A DNA stretch of 63,097 bases, filler included, from Octopus bimaculoides (lineage: Eukaryota): the NCBI RefSeq assembly GCF_001194135.2. It is 4 parts of 4 records of this genome, joined end to end, with 100 filler letters (N's around TTAATTAATTAA, not from the genome) between each part and the next. Parts side by side here need not be neighbours in the genome. Positions count along the whole stretch, not along the records: positions 29,024 to 55,348 come from NC_068985.1; positions 55,449 to 60,777 come from NC_068987.1; positions 60,878 to 63,097 come from NC_068988.1; 1 more part is not named here. One strand, 5' to 3'. A program made the position numbers and the translations under genes. Positions 49,121 to 61,902 of this stretch are shown piece by piece. Position 1 is the stretch's first letter; each line of letters starts with the position of its first letter. Below the pieces are notes generated by a model, which saw only the letters and a list, made by a program, of their open reading frames with translations, searched no databases and was not told the DNA's origin.

Positions 49121-50344
49121 GGCAAGAAAGATTTTTTTTAACGATTTTTGTCAATGTTATGATCTTTTCCTTTTGACATTTAATAGCCGTTACTTTTAGC
49201 TTACTTTAGAAGTAAATAGCGCGTAATTTTGTTTACGGCTGTTAGTTCAGTGTCAATTTTAACATGGAGAGCAAAAACAAACCTGTTCGCCATATTTTAC
49301 TTTTTTATTTCTCTAAAAGCAAGAAAGCTGCTGAGGCTCACAAAGAGATATGTGAAGTTTATAGTGTTGATTGCTTAACAGAACGCACATATTAGAAATA
49401 GTTTTAAAAAATCCGTTCTGGAGGTTTTTCACTCAAAGATGACCAGCGTCCTGGTGTCGACTTACTGAAGTTGATGATGACCGAATCAAAGCTATAATTG
49501 AATCTGATTTTCATATAACTGTGCGAGAGATTGCAGAGCAGTTAAATGTATTACACACAACAATTCAAAATCACTTAAGAAGTTCGATATTTGGGTTCCA
49601 CATAAATCGAAAGAGATTCATTTAACACAACGAATCAATATTTGCGATATGCATCTCAAAGGCAATGAATTCAACCTTTTTTTGAAACGAGTCATCACTG
49701 GTGATGAAAACTAGATTGTGTCTACAATAACACCAATCGAAAACGATCATGGTCCAAGCGTAATGAACTAGCACAAACAATATCAAAAGCTAAATTGCAT
49801 CAAAAAAATGTCATGTTGTCAATTTGTTGGGATTATAAAGGTGTTGTATAATTTGAGCTGCTTCTAAGGAACCATACGATCAATTCAAATGTTTACTGTC
49901 AACTAATGAAACTGGCGGAAGCAATCAAAGAAAAACGGCCAGAATTTGCAAATCGTAAAGGAATCGTGTTCTACCATGACAACGCTAAGACCACACACGT
50001 CTTTACTAACTTGTGAAAAACTATTGGAGCTTGGTCGGGTAGTGATGTCATCCATCATATAGCCCTGACTTTGCACCATCAGATTACCATTTATTTCGAA
50101 GTTTGCAAAATTCTTTGAACGGTAAAACTTTCAATAATGATGATGACCTGAAATTGCGCTTGTTTCAGATGATAAACGAAATCTATTGTTCTGTGACCGC
50201 GGAATCATAAAGTTGCCAGTAAGATGGCAAAAGGTCATTGAACAAAATGGAAAATATATAATTGATTAAAGTTCATTCTTTGTATGAAAAAAAAACTGAC
50301 TTTTATTTCACACTAAAAAACTGAAATTACTTTCTTGCCAACCC
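49121..50344 (+). mobile_element. Decayed mariner of a second subfamily (mellifera-like)
   Basis: ATG 49264 MESK..; WVPH, ITGDE, HDNA and YSPD.APSDYHLF motifs; right TIR AATTACTTTCTTGCCAACCC; left TIR eroded (GGCAAGAAAG). Confidence 0.88.
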
Positions 50345-50634
50345 NNNNNNNNNNNNNNNNNNNNNNNNNNNNNNNNNNNNNNNNNNNNNNNNNNNNNNNN
50401 NNNNNNNNNNNNNNNNNNNNNNNNNNNNNNNNNNNNNNNNNNNNNNNNNNNNNNNNNNNNNNNNNNNNNNNNNNNNNNNNNNNNNNNNNNNNNNNNNNNN
50501 NNNNNNNNNNNNNNNNNNNNNNNNNNNNNNNNNNNNNNNNNNNNNNNNNNNNNNNNNNNNNNNNNNNNNNNNNNNNNNNNNNNNNNNNNNNNNNNNNNNN
50601 NNNNNNNNNNNNNNNNNNNNNNNNNNNNNNNNNN

Positions 50635-50689
<55 letters not shown>

Positions 50690-51028
50690 CATAGAGAGAG
50701 AGAGAGAGTAAAATCTATTTGCCAACGTAAAGTGGCATTCCTGATTAGGACGAGGTTACTGCATTTTCCGGCCCCAGGAAAACATCTGTGGCTGGCCACC
50801 AATGCAAACTGTGACCTTATACCTTGAACAAGAGAGCTAATTTCCCCACTCAGCCTTAAATGGTACCTGCAGACCATGGTTTTTAGGTTATTTCTCAGGA
50901 TAACCGTTGGCTAGAGATGGCAGCACTAAGCCTTGTTCTAGGTATATACTTTCAAAGTGACACACAGTCAATGATCTTGCAAAGAGGAAAACAATTAGTT
51001 GTAAATCTCTGAGCGAGAAGTAGTAACA

Positions 51029-51099
<71 letters not shown>

Positions 51100-51104
<5 letters not shown>

Positions 51105-53363
51105 TGGCTTCATGCAGGCATGGCGTGGATTCGATCTTCGATAGCCAAATTTCACTTAACAGTTCAACAGCACCTTTCTCACAGTAAAACAATAGTTTTT
51201 CTGTGAGTGACAGCAGTTACATTTACCAAATGCCTTCGCTAAGCCGGAATAATGTCTTCACCACTTGACCCTTCTAACCTCTTCTCGGCTAACAAAAGCT
51301 AGATTAGAGATAACAGACCTCCAACGAAATCTATTGTTCTCAACAATATGTCTATCCAACGAAGCAATTGTTTCATCTCACCACTCTCACTTTCACTAAC
51401 TCACTTTCTTTTCTCTGTAACATTACCATATCTCTCTATATACTACTATAAGATCGTGTACACACATACCGGCCGAAATTAAATCTTTTTACATTGCATG
51501 CTTTGCAAACTGTGTTATACTATTACACTAACTTACCGGACGTTCCACCATAACAGGCATCGGTTACAATTGGATCCTCGAGTTAAAGAATTACAGCCTT
51601 CGCCTTCGTCATCACCTTCACCATCGCATGAACAGTTCTCACATCCATCGATTACACTGGTGAATCCGTCTAAAAATAATTGCTACTTTCTAATGCTGCA
51701 TGCCGCCGCACTTTGCTGACTTCGAAATAAAGAACTACAGTCTTCATATCAACAGTCGCTAAACCAGAGGAAAAGAATGACAACCTTTGTCACCATCAAG
51801 ATGCACCTGCGTTCCACTTGTTACAGTACGCACAACAGAAATCACTATACTGCGATGCAATCTACGATGCACTTCACAACAATGCAACACTGCCGATGCA
51901 CTATGGAAGCCAATAAATGCATCATTTCGACAGCTATATGCTCAGAAACTAATTGGAAGCCCGCACATGCAACGCTTTTGGCACACACACGCTTTTCGTC
52001 AGATCCCAACGTACAGACCCTGCATTGTCTACGAACTTTTGCACGAATTTAAGACTCATATAAACTCTCAACAACTCTTTTTCTTTGCACATCTTTTTTT
52101 TCCCTTTCAGCAGTAGATTTTTAACAAAAAACACTATTTTCAGCTAAGTTTGCCATTTTCATTTTCTCATTCCTGTACCGGTCATTTCTTTTACTGCCTC
52201 AGCCTTGCGAGCACTTTTGCACACACGCACACAAAACTCTATTATGCTTCTACTGCCTCGTTTTTCAACACGTCTGTAACAGCTCAACTCTTTTCCTAAC
52301 TCGATGCACGTCGGATGTTCACATACTCTGTGCTCATGTTAGACATAATTTCCCTCTGTTAGACCCCTGTTTGGACACGTAATGAATGGAGAAAATTACC
52401 TGTCTCGTGCATCACCCCAGCATGCTAACCTCAGCAATTACCCATGACAGCAACACCAGGCATATTTCACTTCTGAAAAACCTTCAAGGCATTTCACACA
52501 CTTCAATCCTGCAGGAAGTTATTCCATATCATGGATTGAGAATATACACACTCGCTCAACTGAGCTCATTTTACAGTGAATTTCGATACGTGCACCTGCA
52601 CTTGTGTACATGCCCTCACGCGCACACACACGCTAACTCATTTTCCGTACTGCCCAGTCACTGGCACGCAAAGCAACACTGCTATTCAGACTCACTTCAA
52701 TAAATATCTGGCATGTATACACTTCAATCGTCCTCTCTCCTGATTGCAATAGTTTTTTTTCTCAGCAGTGCATTTCTTTCTCTTCCTCGATCGTTCGTTT
52801 CTTGGAACCTCTCTGGAGGGGGAGTGATGTAGTGGCTTCATGCAGGCATGACGTGGATTCGATCCTCGATAGCCAAATTTCACTTAACAGTTCAACAGCA
52901 CATTTCTCACGGTAAAACAATAGTTTTTCTGTGAGTGACAGCAGTTATATTTACCAGATGCCTTCGCTAAGCTGGAATAATGTCTTCACCACTTGGCCCT
53001 TCTAACCTCTTCTCGGCTAACAAAAGCTAGATTAGAGATAACAGACCTCCAACGAAATCTATTGTTCTCAACAACATGTCTATCCCTCTAGTTGGTTTTG
53101 GATAGTTATAAAGACAAGAACTCCGTAAGCAAAAGTCAGTGAGAACCTCGTCTGGCTGACCGGCTGAACAAAACGCCGTCTCTAAAGGAAAAGGCACAAA
53201 GGGACAACTATGGTAACTCACCAACGAAGAAGTTGTTTCGTCCCACCACTATCACTAACTCACTTTCTTTTCTCTGTAACATTACCATATCTCTCTATAT
53301 ATACTAGTATGATATCGTGTACACACATACCAGCCGAAATTAACTCCTTTTCCCTTGCATGCT
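51100..53363 (+). mobile_element. Probable non-autonomous LTR element
   Basis: Direct repeats start TGTAGTGGC at 51100 and 52828. First copy ends GGTTACA (51568), followed by ATTGGATCCTCGAG (PBS-like position). Purine tract GGAGGGGGAGTGA precedes the second copy. No recognisable gag/pol inside. Confidence 0.6.
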
Positions 53364-54774
53364 GTTCCATTTACTAGTTATACATACCAACCCGTCGTGG
53401 TTTTGGATATATACAAAGTAACGGTAAATAAATATCTCTTTACAACTTCAATCACTGTTCTTCTTTCATNNNNNNNNNNNNNNNNNNNNNNNNNNNNNNN
53501 NNNNNNNNNNNNNNNNNNNNNNNNNNNNNNNNNNNNNNNNNNNNNNNNNNNNNNNNNNNNNNNNNNNNNNNNNNNNNNNNNNNNNNNNNNNNNNNNNNNN
53601 NNNNNNNNNNNNNNNNNNNNNNNNNNNNNNNNNNNNNNNNNNNNNNNNNNNNNNNNNNNNNNNNNNNNNNNNNNNNNNNNNNNNNNNNNNNNNNNNNNNN
53701 NNNNNNNNNNNNNNNNNNNNNNNNNNNNNNNNNNNNNNNNNNNNNNNNNNNNNNNNNNNNNNNNNNNNNNNNNNNNNNNNNNNNNNNNNNNNNNNNNNNN
53801 NNNNNNNNNNNNNNNNNNNNNNNNNNNNNNNNNNNNNNNNNNNNNNNNNNNNNNNNNNNNNNNNNNNNNNNNNNNNNNNNNNNNNNNNNNNNNNNNNNNN
53901 NNNNNNNNNNNNNNNNNNNNNNNNNNNNNNNNNNNNNNNNNNNNNNNNNNNNNNNNNNNNNNNNNNNNNNNNNNNNNNNNNNNNNNNNNNNNNNNNNNNN
54001 NNNNNNNNNNNNNNNNNNNNNNNNNNNNNNNNNNNNNNNNNNNNNNNNNNNNNNNNNNNNNNNNNNNNNNNNNNNNNNNNNNNNNNNNNNNNNNNNNNNN
54101 NNNNNNNNNNNNNNNNNNNNNNNNNNNNNNNNNNNNNNNNNNNNNNNNNNNNNNNNNNNNNNNNNNNNNNNNNNNNNNNNNNNNNNNNNNNNNNNNNNNN
54201 NNNNNNNNNNNNNNNNNNNNNNNNNNNNNNNNNNNNNNNNNNNNNNNNNNNNNNNNNNNNNNNNNNNNNNNNNNNNNNNNNNNNNNNNNNNNNNNNNNNN
54301 NNNNNNNNNNNNNNNNNNNNNNNNNNNNNNNNNNNNNNNNNNNNNNNNNNNNNTATATATATATATATATATATATTTTATATATGTATGTATGTATGCA
54401 TGCATGTATGTAAATGTTGAACAATGAGTTTCTAAACATAGGAAAATAGTAGTAATGTGATAAAGAAAGTTAATTATATTCTACAAGTAGCGCAGGTCAT
54501 TTAAAAATACAGTGGTAAGGGTCATTGAGAAAATTATGTCTCAGTCTAAATTTACAAAGAAGCGTTTTACAATATCTTCTAATTGAGATCTCACCACTTT
54601 AGGTGTTATTAATGTTGAAGAGTTTCCTGTGTTCTCATCATAGTGCCAACAGCAACGCTGACACATTAACTTGTTGCCGTTAATAATTTCAGTGAAATAC
54701 TAAAGTGGATTTAACTGTTGTTTCGACACAGTGCCGTCTTTGTAACGTAACTTTGTTCATGTATTATATTATTA

Positions 54775-54930
54775 CCTCTGCCTTAGCGAAGCCAGAGGTA
54801 TTGTTTTCAGCCGTGTTTGTTTGTTTGTCCGTGGACAAGATATCTCAAGAACCGCTGGATGGATTCGGATGAAACTTTCAGGGATGTTTGACCTTATGAC
54901 TCGCACGAACTGATGAGATTTTGGGATCTG
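54775..54930 (+). mobile_element. Helentron/HINE-like 5' half, interrupted by a LINE 3' end
   Basis: TACCTCTGCCTTAGCGAAGCCAGAGG hairpin and family body. Confidence 0.6.
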
Positions 54931-55348
54931 TTTTTATTTATTACCCATGCGGGCCAACATAGAGGGGACAATACAATATACTCGGGGTCACATACAAACG
55001 GATGATATAATAATTTTTTACATGTACAATGAAATCGAATGAATTACAACACAATAAATTACAAACAATAAATTACAAACAATAAATCACAAACAATAAA
55101 TCACACGATGAGGTGTTCAAAACAGGTATGCTCCGACCCCACGAGCCCTGTCTTTAACACCGACTTACTGGTAGTCACACAAACGTGCTCACGCAGGGCC
55201 TTTTACTCCCAACATGCGTGCTACACGCGTCCATCGTTTTTAAACTCACTCTCTGACAAACACCTCTTTTCCAGGCCCACCTTTTTCAAGTGAAAAGTGA
55301 ACATTTTCACGAGGGTGAGGGTCAGGGACGCAGGTGTTTGTCACGATA
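54931..55348 (-). mobile_element. Tx1/L1-like LINE 3' end
   Basis: Minus-strand ..KMFTFHLKKVGLEKRCLSESEFKN.., then a repeat-rich UTR and AATAAATAAAAAA tail. Confidence 0.55.
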
Positions 55349-55448
55349 NNNNNNNNNNNNNNNNNNNNNNNNNNNNNNNNNNNNNNNNNNNNTTAATTAA
55401 TTAANNNNNNNNNNNNNNNNNNNNNNNNNNNNNNNNNNNNNNNNNNNN
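55349..55448. other. Artificial scaffold-joining spacer
   Basis: Same 44N-TTAATTAATTAA-44N structure (core 55393-55404). Confidence 0.97.
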
Positions 55449-57404
55449 GAAATTTTTCAAAAAATTTTTTTTTCAGAATCGGAATCTCCATAGCCTAAAA
55501 CGTGGGATTCCGTAAAAAAAATTAATAAATAAGGGGGGGGAGGTTCGGATTACATATAATCCATCTCTACCCATGCGTTTACATGTGAATATTCCATCCG
55601 TGTTCTCAAACCTTAGCTCTACCGTATACTTTAAGTGCACAAACAAAAAGGAAGAACATTAAGAATTATAATTGAAATACAGTACATAAATTATTCAGCT
55701 CAGACATGAAGCATACTTAAAAGCTTGTGAGTTGAGAGAAATGTAATTGATATTTCTGGATGGCAGGACGAACGGTTTCACGTGATTTGCGAGAACTTTG
55801 GTTATTATCTTTAGGGAACCAAACGACTGGATGGATGCGATTCGTAAAAACTTTGGTTTGTTATTTCTAAGAACCCAAACAACCCACAAGAGCTCCATGG
55901 CATAAGTAACAACACTTTTACCTAAAACTTTAAATACTAAGCAATATCATTGTATCAGGATATATAAGTGGAACTTTTTAGAATTATTAACAATCGTCGT
56001 CTAAACAAGCAACAACCTTGATAAACAGATTTCAGTCCGTAATGAATCATGTGCGTGCATGTTAATTAAACACGAATATAAATAAATATTTAAGTGTGTG
56101 TGTGTGGTGTAAGTATATGGTATGTATATACAATTTCAGTATTTTTCATTTTCAGCTGAGAGATGTACGATTTCACATGAAACCGTCCGGTAACTTTGGT
56201 TCTTTATATTATATTACCATTACACCCAGTCTTTTACTTTACCTTGGGAATCCTTCGGTATCAGACAAGGACATTCACCCACTTTTTCAGCCTGGTCCCT
56301 TTATCTATGTAATGAGGGAACGTTGACTGCAGTTTTTCTTTCTTTTCCTGACTTACTATCTATCCTATAGATATAATCTTGAATAAATTTATATAAATTG
56401 TTTATATACCAAGAACAAGTATGAAGTCAAAAATATACGTAAACAAATGAGTGATATGCTAAAACAGAAGCTGCATTAAAGATAATCTGCCTCGCCGGCA
56501 AGGAGTTTCCTCATAGGTTCACGGCGTGCTAGATATAGCAGCAAAATCTAACTCAAATCATACATTACCAGCTTAAAACAGAGAACACATATGATACTGT
56601 AATCTTAGATATAGATAAGGTGAGAAATTCACAAATGCAATATCTTTGACCATCGTTCTACTCAGATAAATTTGACCTGGGGCCAAATAACAAAGACAAC
56701 CACCCAGTTGTTTATTTTGATTTAACGCACACACATATTATACACATATATACAAATGCACAAAAATCTGTCTAGTCATAAATTAACTGTTTAAGAATTA
56801 CATAAAAATATATATAAGAAAAAACAGGATCGCAAGTGTTTATATTTATATATATAAGATAAACACGCTCTATAAATATATAGACATGTAATCAATACTG
56901 TGTGTATAAAATAATGTGCTTACTGTCTATACATAGTTTTTAGTAGAAATCTATAAATATATTCTTGTAGAACAATACATATACAGTTCAACATATGCGC
57001 ATATACCAACTACTTGATATTTTTTTAAAATCATAATATATGTTTTGTTTTCTTTTTTATCGAATACATGAGAGAATATCACTTAAATCTCTTATAATTT
57101 CAAACCTATATAAAACAATAGGATACAGAGATATACGAAGAAGATTCCATAATTTTGCTTACCAGATATAGAGACAAGAAACGGTAGGACACGAGTTGCC
57201 ATGATATTAATTCATTTAGTAATAAACACATGAACAACTAGCGTGTGCTTTTATATTCGACCTCAAAATCGGGCGACTTCAGTCAGGTGACGGTGACGTT
57301 TTAAGAGGGAGTTCCACCCTCCGAATCATTCAGCTGACCTAGCTCGTGATGTTAATCATATACATGCGCGCGCACACGAAAGCGATTACATATATATATA
57401 TATA

Positions 57405-57751
57405 TATATACAAAGAATATATATATACATGTATACACACATATATGTACATACTTACATCTACATGTGTATATATATGCATATCAGGGTACAGGACGTT
57501 AGAACAATGAACTACATATATTTATTTATTTATTTATTTAAGTGTGTGTGTCTGGTCTTCGAAACGTCTGGATAGAATAGAGACAGCTGATGAAGGGATA
57601 TTCCAAGGGGCTTTCCGTTTTCCTATGTGTTCGTTCCGTTGTCTGTAGTTTATTGTTCTAACGTCCTGTACCCTGATATGCATGTATATACACATGTAGA
57701 TGTAAGTATGTACATATATGTGTGTATACATGTATATATATTCTTTGTATT
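57405..57751. mobile_element. Penelope-associated family 2 foldback
   Basis: About 110-bp arms at 57405-57515 and 57643-57751; spacer carries TTCGAAACGTC and CAGCTGATGAAGGGATA. Confidence 0.6.
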
Positions 57752-58312
57752 NNNNNNNNNNNNNNNNNNNNNNNNNNNNNNNNNNNNNNNNNNNNNNNNN
57801 NNNNNNNNNNNNNNNNNNNNNNNNNNNNNNNNNNNNNNNNNNNNNNNNNNNNNNNNNNNNNNNNNNNNNNNNNNNNNNNNNNNNNNNNNNNNNNNNNNNN
57901 NNNNNNNNNNNNNNNNNNNNNNNNNNNNNNNNNNNNNNNNNNNNNNNNNNNNNNNNNNNNNNNNNNNNNNNNNNNNNNNNNNNNNNNNNNNNNNNNNNNN
58001 NNNNNNNNNNNNNNNNNNNNNNNNNNNNNNNNNNNNNNNNNNNNNNNNNNNNNNNNNNNNNNNNNNNNNNNNNNNNNNNNNNNNNNNNNNNNNNNNNNNN
58101 NNNNNNNNNNNNNNNNNNNNNNNNNNNNNNNNNNNNNNNNNNNNNNNNNNNNNNNNNNNNNNNNNNNNNNNNNNNNNNNNNNNNNNNNNNNNNNNNNNNN
58201 NNNNNNNNNNNNNNNNNNNNNNNNNNNNNNNNNNNNNNNNNNNNNNNNNNNNNNNNNNNNNNNNNNNNNNNNNNNNNNNNNNNNNNNNNNNNNNNNNNNN
58301 NNNNNNNNNNNN

Positions 58313-58355
<43 letters not shown>

Positions 58356-58401
58356 TATACACACACACAATATATATATGTGTGTGTGTATATATCTATA
58401 G

Positions 58402-58435
<34 letters not shown>

Positions 58436-58437
<2 letters not shown>

Positions 58438-58588
58438 TCATCATCATCATCATTATCATCGTTTAACATCCGCTTTCCATGCTAACATGGGTTGGACGAT
58501 TTGACTGAGGACTGGTGAACCAGACGGCTACACTAGGCTCCAGTCTGATTTGGCAGAGTTTCTACAGTTGGATGCCTTTCCTAACGCC
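58436..58588 (-). mobile_element. SINE 3' half (Meta-domain-like) with (GAT)n tail
   Basis: Minus strand GGCGTTAGGAAAGGCATCCAACTGTAGAAAC...GCATGGAAAGCGGATGTTAAACGATGAT. Confidence 0.6.
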
Positions 58589-59839
58589 ATATATACATAA
58601 TAAATATTTTACTTATTTCAGTCATTAGGCTGCGGCCGTACTGGGGCACCACCTTGAAGAATTTTTAGTTGAATGAATCCATCCCCAGTACTTATCTTTT
58701 TTTAAGCCTAGTATTTATTCTATCGCTCTTTTTTAGTGAGCCGCTAAGTTATGGAGACAAACATGGACGCAAAGACACGCAAACACATATATCTATTATA
58801 TATGTGTGTGTATACACATATAAACATATGTATATATATACATATATATACATATATAANNNNNNNNNNNNNNNNNNNNNNNNNNNNNNNNNNNNNNNNN
58901 NNNNNNNNNNNNNNNNNNNNNNNNNNNNNNNNNNNNNNNNNNNNNNNNNNNNNNNNNNNNNNNNNNNNNNNNNNNNNNNNNNNNNNNNNNNNNNNNNNNN
59001 NNNNNNNNNNNNNNNNNNNNNNNNNNNNNNNNNNNNNNNNNNNNNNNNNNNNNNNNNNNNNNNNNNNNNNNNNNNNNNNNNNNNNNNNNNNNNNNNNNNN
59101 NNNNNNNNNNNNNNNNNNNNNNNNNNNNNNNNNNNNNNNNNNNNNNNNNNNNNNNNNNNNNNNNNNNNNNNNNNNNNNNNNNNNNNNNNNNNNNNNNNNN
59201 NNNNNNNNNNNNNNNNNNNNNNNNNNNNNNNNNNNNNNNNNNNNNNNNNNNNNNNNNNNNNNNNNNNNNNNNNNNNNNNNNNNNNNNNNNNNNNNNNNNN
59301 NNNNNNNNNNNNNNNNNNNNNNNNNNNNNNNNNNNNNNNNNNNNNNNNNNNNNNNNNNNNNNNNNNNNNNNNNNNNNNNNNNNNNNNNNNNNNNNNNNNN
59401 NNNNNNNNNNNNNNNNNNNNNNNNNNNNNNNNNNNNNNNNNNNNNNNNNNNNNNNNNNNNNNNNNNNNNNNNNNNNNNNNNNNNNNNNNNNNNNNNNNNN
59501 NNNNNNNNNNNNNNNNNNNNNNNNNNNNNNNNNNNNNNNNNNNNNNNNNNNNNNNNNNNNNNNNNNNNNNNNNNNNNNNNNNNNNNNNNNNNNNNNNNNN
59601 NNNNNNNNNNNNNNNNNNNNNNNNNNNNNNNNNNNNNNNNNNNNNNNNNNNNNNNNNNNNNNNNNNNNNNNNNNNNNNNNNNNNNNNNNNNNNNNNNNNN
59701 NNNNNNNNNNNNNNNNNNNNNNNNNNNNNNNNNNNNNNNNNNNNNNNNNNNNNNNNNATAAACTGTGAACACTTATTTTTATTGTAGTAAAAAAACAAAA
59801 AACCACTTTTTGCTCTAAACCGCCTAAAAACACCTTTAA

Positions 59840-60400
59840 AAAGTGTCAAAACAAGTTTTCATAAGACAGGGATTATCTCTTGGCCCTCAAGATGTCCTTG
59901 CCCATAGAGAACAAACATCCCACTGCATCACTGGAGGGGATGGCTGTGTGGAACTTGATGAACAAGTCCACCAACACTTGCTCACCCAAGAAGGCAGCAT
60001 CTGTCAGCAAGTCTTTGGAGATGGTCTCCAACCAGGTCTTGACCAAATTCTGGGCCTTGTCTTTGAGTATCCTGTGGCTCCTGCTTCTCTGTTTCGGCTG
60101 GGTGACACCACTGAAGAAGTCATCCTCGTCCTCTTCATTGTTGCTGCCTCCACTGTTGCTGCTCACTTCATCAGACTGCTGCCCTCCATGCTTTTCCTTA
60201 TCTTGGTGACCTTGATGTTGTCATACTTATCCAACCAGATAAGGCCAAACCTGGGGTGAATGGCAGCAGCCAGCAGGCATTCCTCATCCTCCAGGAGATT
60301 CCTAAACCTTTTGTCGATGCCTGCCATAAGTGCATTGGCCAAGGGGCTGCAGTAGATGAGGCCCTTGGACTTCAAGTCCTTGAGCCTAAAGATTGTTGCA
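59840..60400 (-). mobile_element. hAT transposase C-terminal fragment
   Basis: AAAIHPRF; FHTAIPSSDAVGCLFSMGKDILRAKR (dimerisation domain); stop between the two ORF pieces. Confidence 0.75.
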
Positions 60401-60574
60401 GCAACTTGAGTTAACGGAAATTAATTCAAGTGGATTTGAGTTAATGGAAGTTAATTAATCTGATAATGATATCCAAAGTTAACTTAGTTTAAATCATTAA
60501 CGAAAATGTTAACTTCATTAATTAACAATTAAGCAATTAACAGATTGGTGCCCAGGTTTGATATATATACATAT

Positions 60575-60735
60575 CAGGAGTGGCTGTGTGGTAAGAGGCT
60601 CGCTTTCCAACCACATGGTTCCAGGTTCAGTTCCACTGCGTGACATCTTGGGCAAGTATCTTTTACAGTAGCCTTGGGCCAACCAAAGCCTTGTGAGTGG
60701 ATTTAGTAGACAGAAACTGAAAGAAGCCCGTCATA
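60575..60735 (+). mobile_element. SINE family A head
   Basis: GGAGTGGCTGTGTGGTAAG head; cut by the spacer. Confidence 0.8.
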
Positions 60736-60746
60736 TATATATGTAT

Positions 60747-60777
<31 letters not shown>

Positions 60778-60877
60778 NNNNNNNNNNNNNNNNNNNNNNN
60801 NNNNNNNNNNNNNNNNNNNNNTTAATTAATTAANNNNNNNNNNNNNNNNNNNNNNNNNNNNNNNNNNNNNNNNNNNN
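60778..60877. other. Artificial scaffold-joining spacer
   Basis: Same 44N-TTAATTAATTAA-44N structure (core 60822-60833). Confidence 0.97.
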
Positions 60878-61902
60878 TATATACCTATATTTATATATGT
60901 ATGGATACGCATATGTATATGTATACACACCCATATACAAGAGGCACACAGTTATTAACAATCGTATAAACACACACACACAGGATGTAGAACAGACCAC
61001 CTGTTGCCCTAACCAAGCTCACTATCCACTTCTATTGTCCAGTTTGACAGGGCGTTATACAGATGACTCTTAAGAAGGAAGTGAAACTCAATATGTTTGA
61101 GCCCACGGTATAGATATAATTTAGTACTCAATGGGTTGGCTCTGTCGTAGCTACCTTTACTTGTTTTATAACTAACACTCTACCACGTTTGTTGTCTTTA
61201 TCATTTCCTATTTGCAATTATCATTTCCTATTTGCTTACCCCTAGAAAGTAAGAACAATGGCTAATATTTCCTTCAAACTTTACTTCTGTCACGATATAC
61301 ATTCAATCCCCAAAGAATCCTTCTCAACACATGACTATGATGCCCCTCCCCTTACCAATCCTTCTCATGATCAGAGACGCGCATATTGCCAACCACTAAA
61401 GGATATGCTTAAGTGGTTAAGATCCAGCAACTGACAAGCAAATCTAAGGTATTGAGCAGAATATTTGCTATAACGATATTTCTGCTTCAGCAGCTCAGCG
61501 CTGAATGTGTCTGAAGTGTAATGGAAAATTGGTCAGTTTCAAAACATTGATGTCCAGGTCACAAAAGCAAAGCTTGAAGGGAATAGTAGTTATTTCCTTT
61601 GAAATAGAAACAAGTAGGAAATAACACTTTAAAAATTTTTTCTTTTACTTGTTTCAGTCATTTGACTGCGGTCATACAATATGAACCATCTCTTCCCGGA
61701 AGTAAAAACGCGTTTGCAAAGGGCCAACCCCATTACCTAGAAAAAAAAATAAAATAAAAGCAAAGTTAGGGAAGCATCGACAACAATTCAAGATCAACAA
61801 GACCTAGGAGAGGGTTTTCTGTGAGGCACTCGCGCTGCCCAATACTGAATAAGGGGCGCTGCTTAGAGACGAGAACAGTGGAGAAAAATCGACGTTGTGT
61901 CT

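Noticed and set aside
54905-54925. Other CTGATGA hits (54908, 42386, 11626)
   Set aside because: No stem II or GAAA partner; they lie inside a HINE, a LINE ORF or a microsatellite.
56140-56330. Possible small exons (strong plus-strand acceptor at about 56155, minus-strand donor at about 56240)
   Set aside because: The minus-strand candidate has stops in all frames; the plus-strand one is 34 nt with no recognisable homology.
2208-59849. Long ORFs composed mainly of X
   Set aside because: Artefacts of translating through N gaps.
59843-60259. Plus-strand 138-aa ORF as a host gene
   Set aside because: It is the antisense frame of the hAT transposase fragment.
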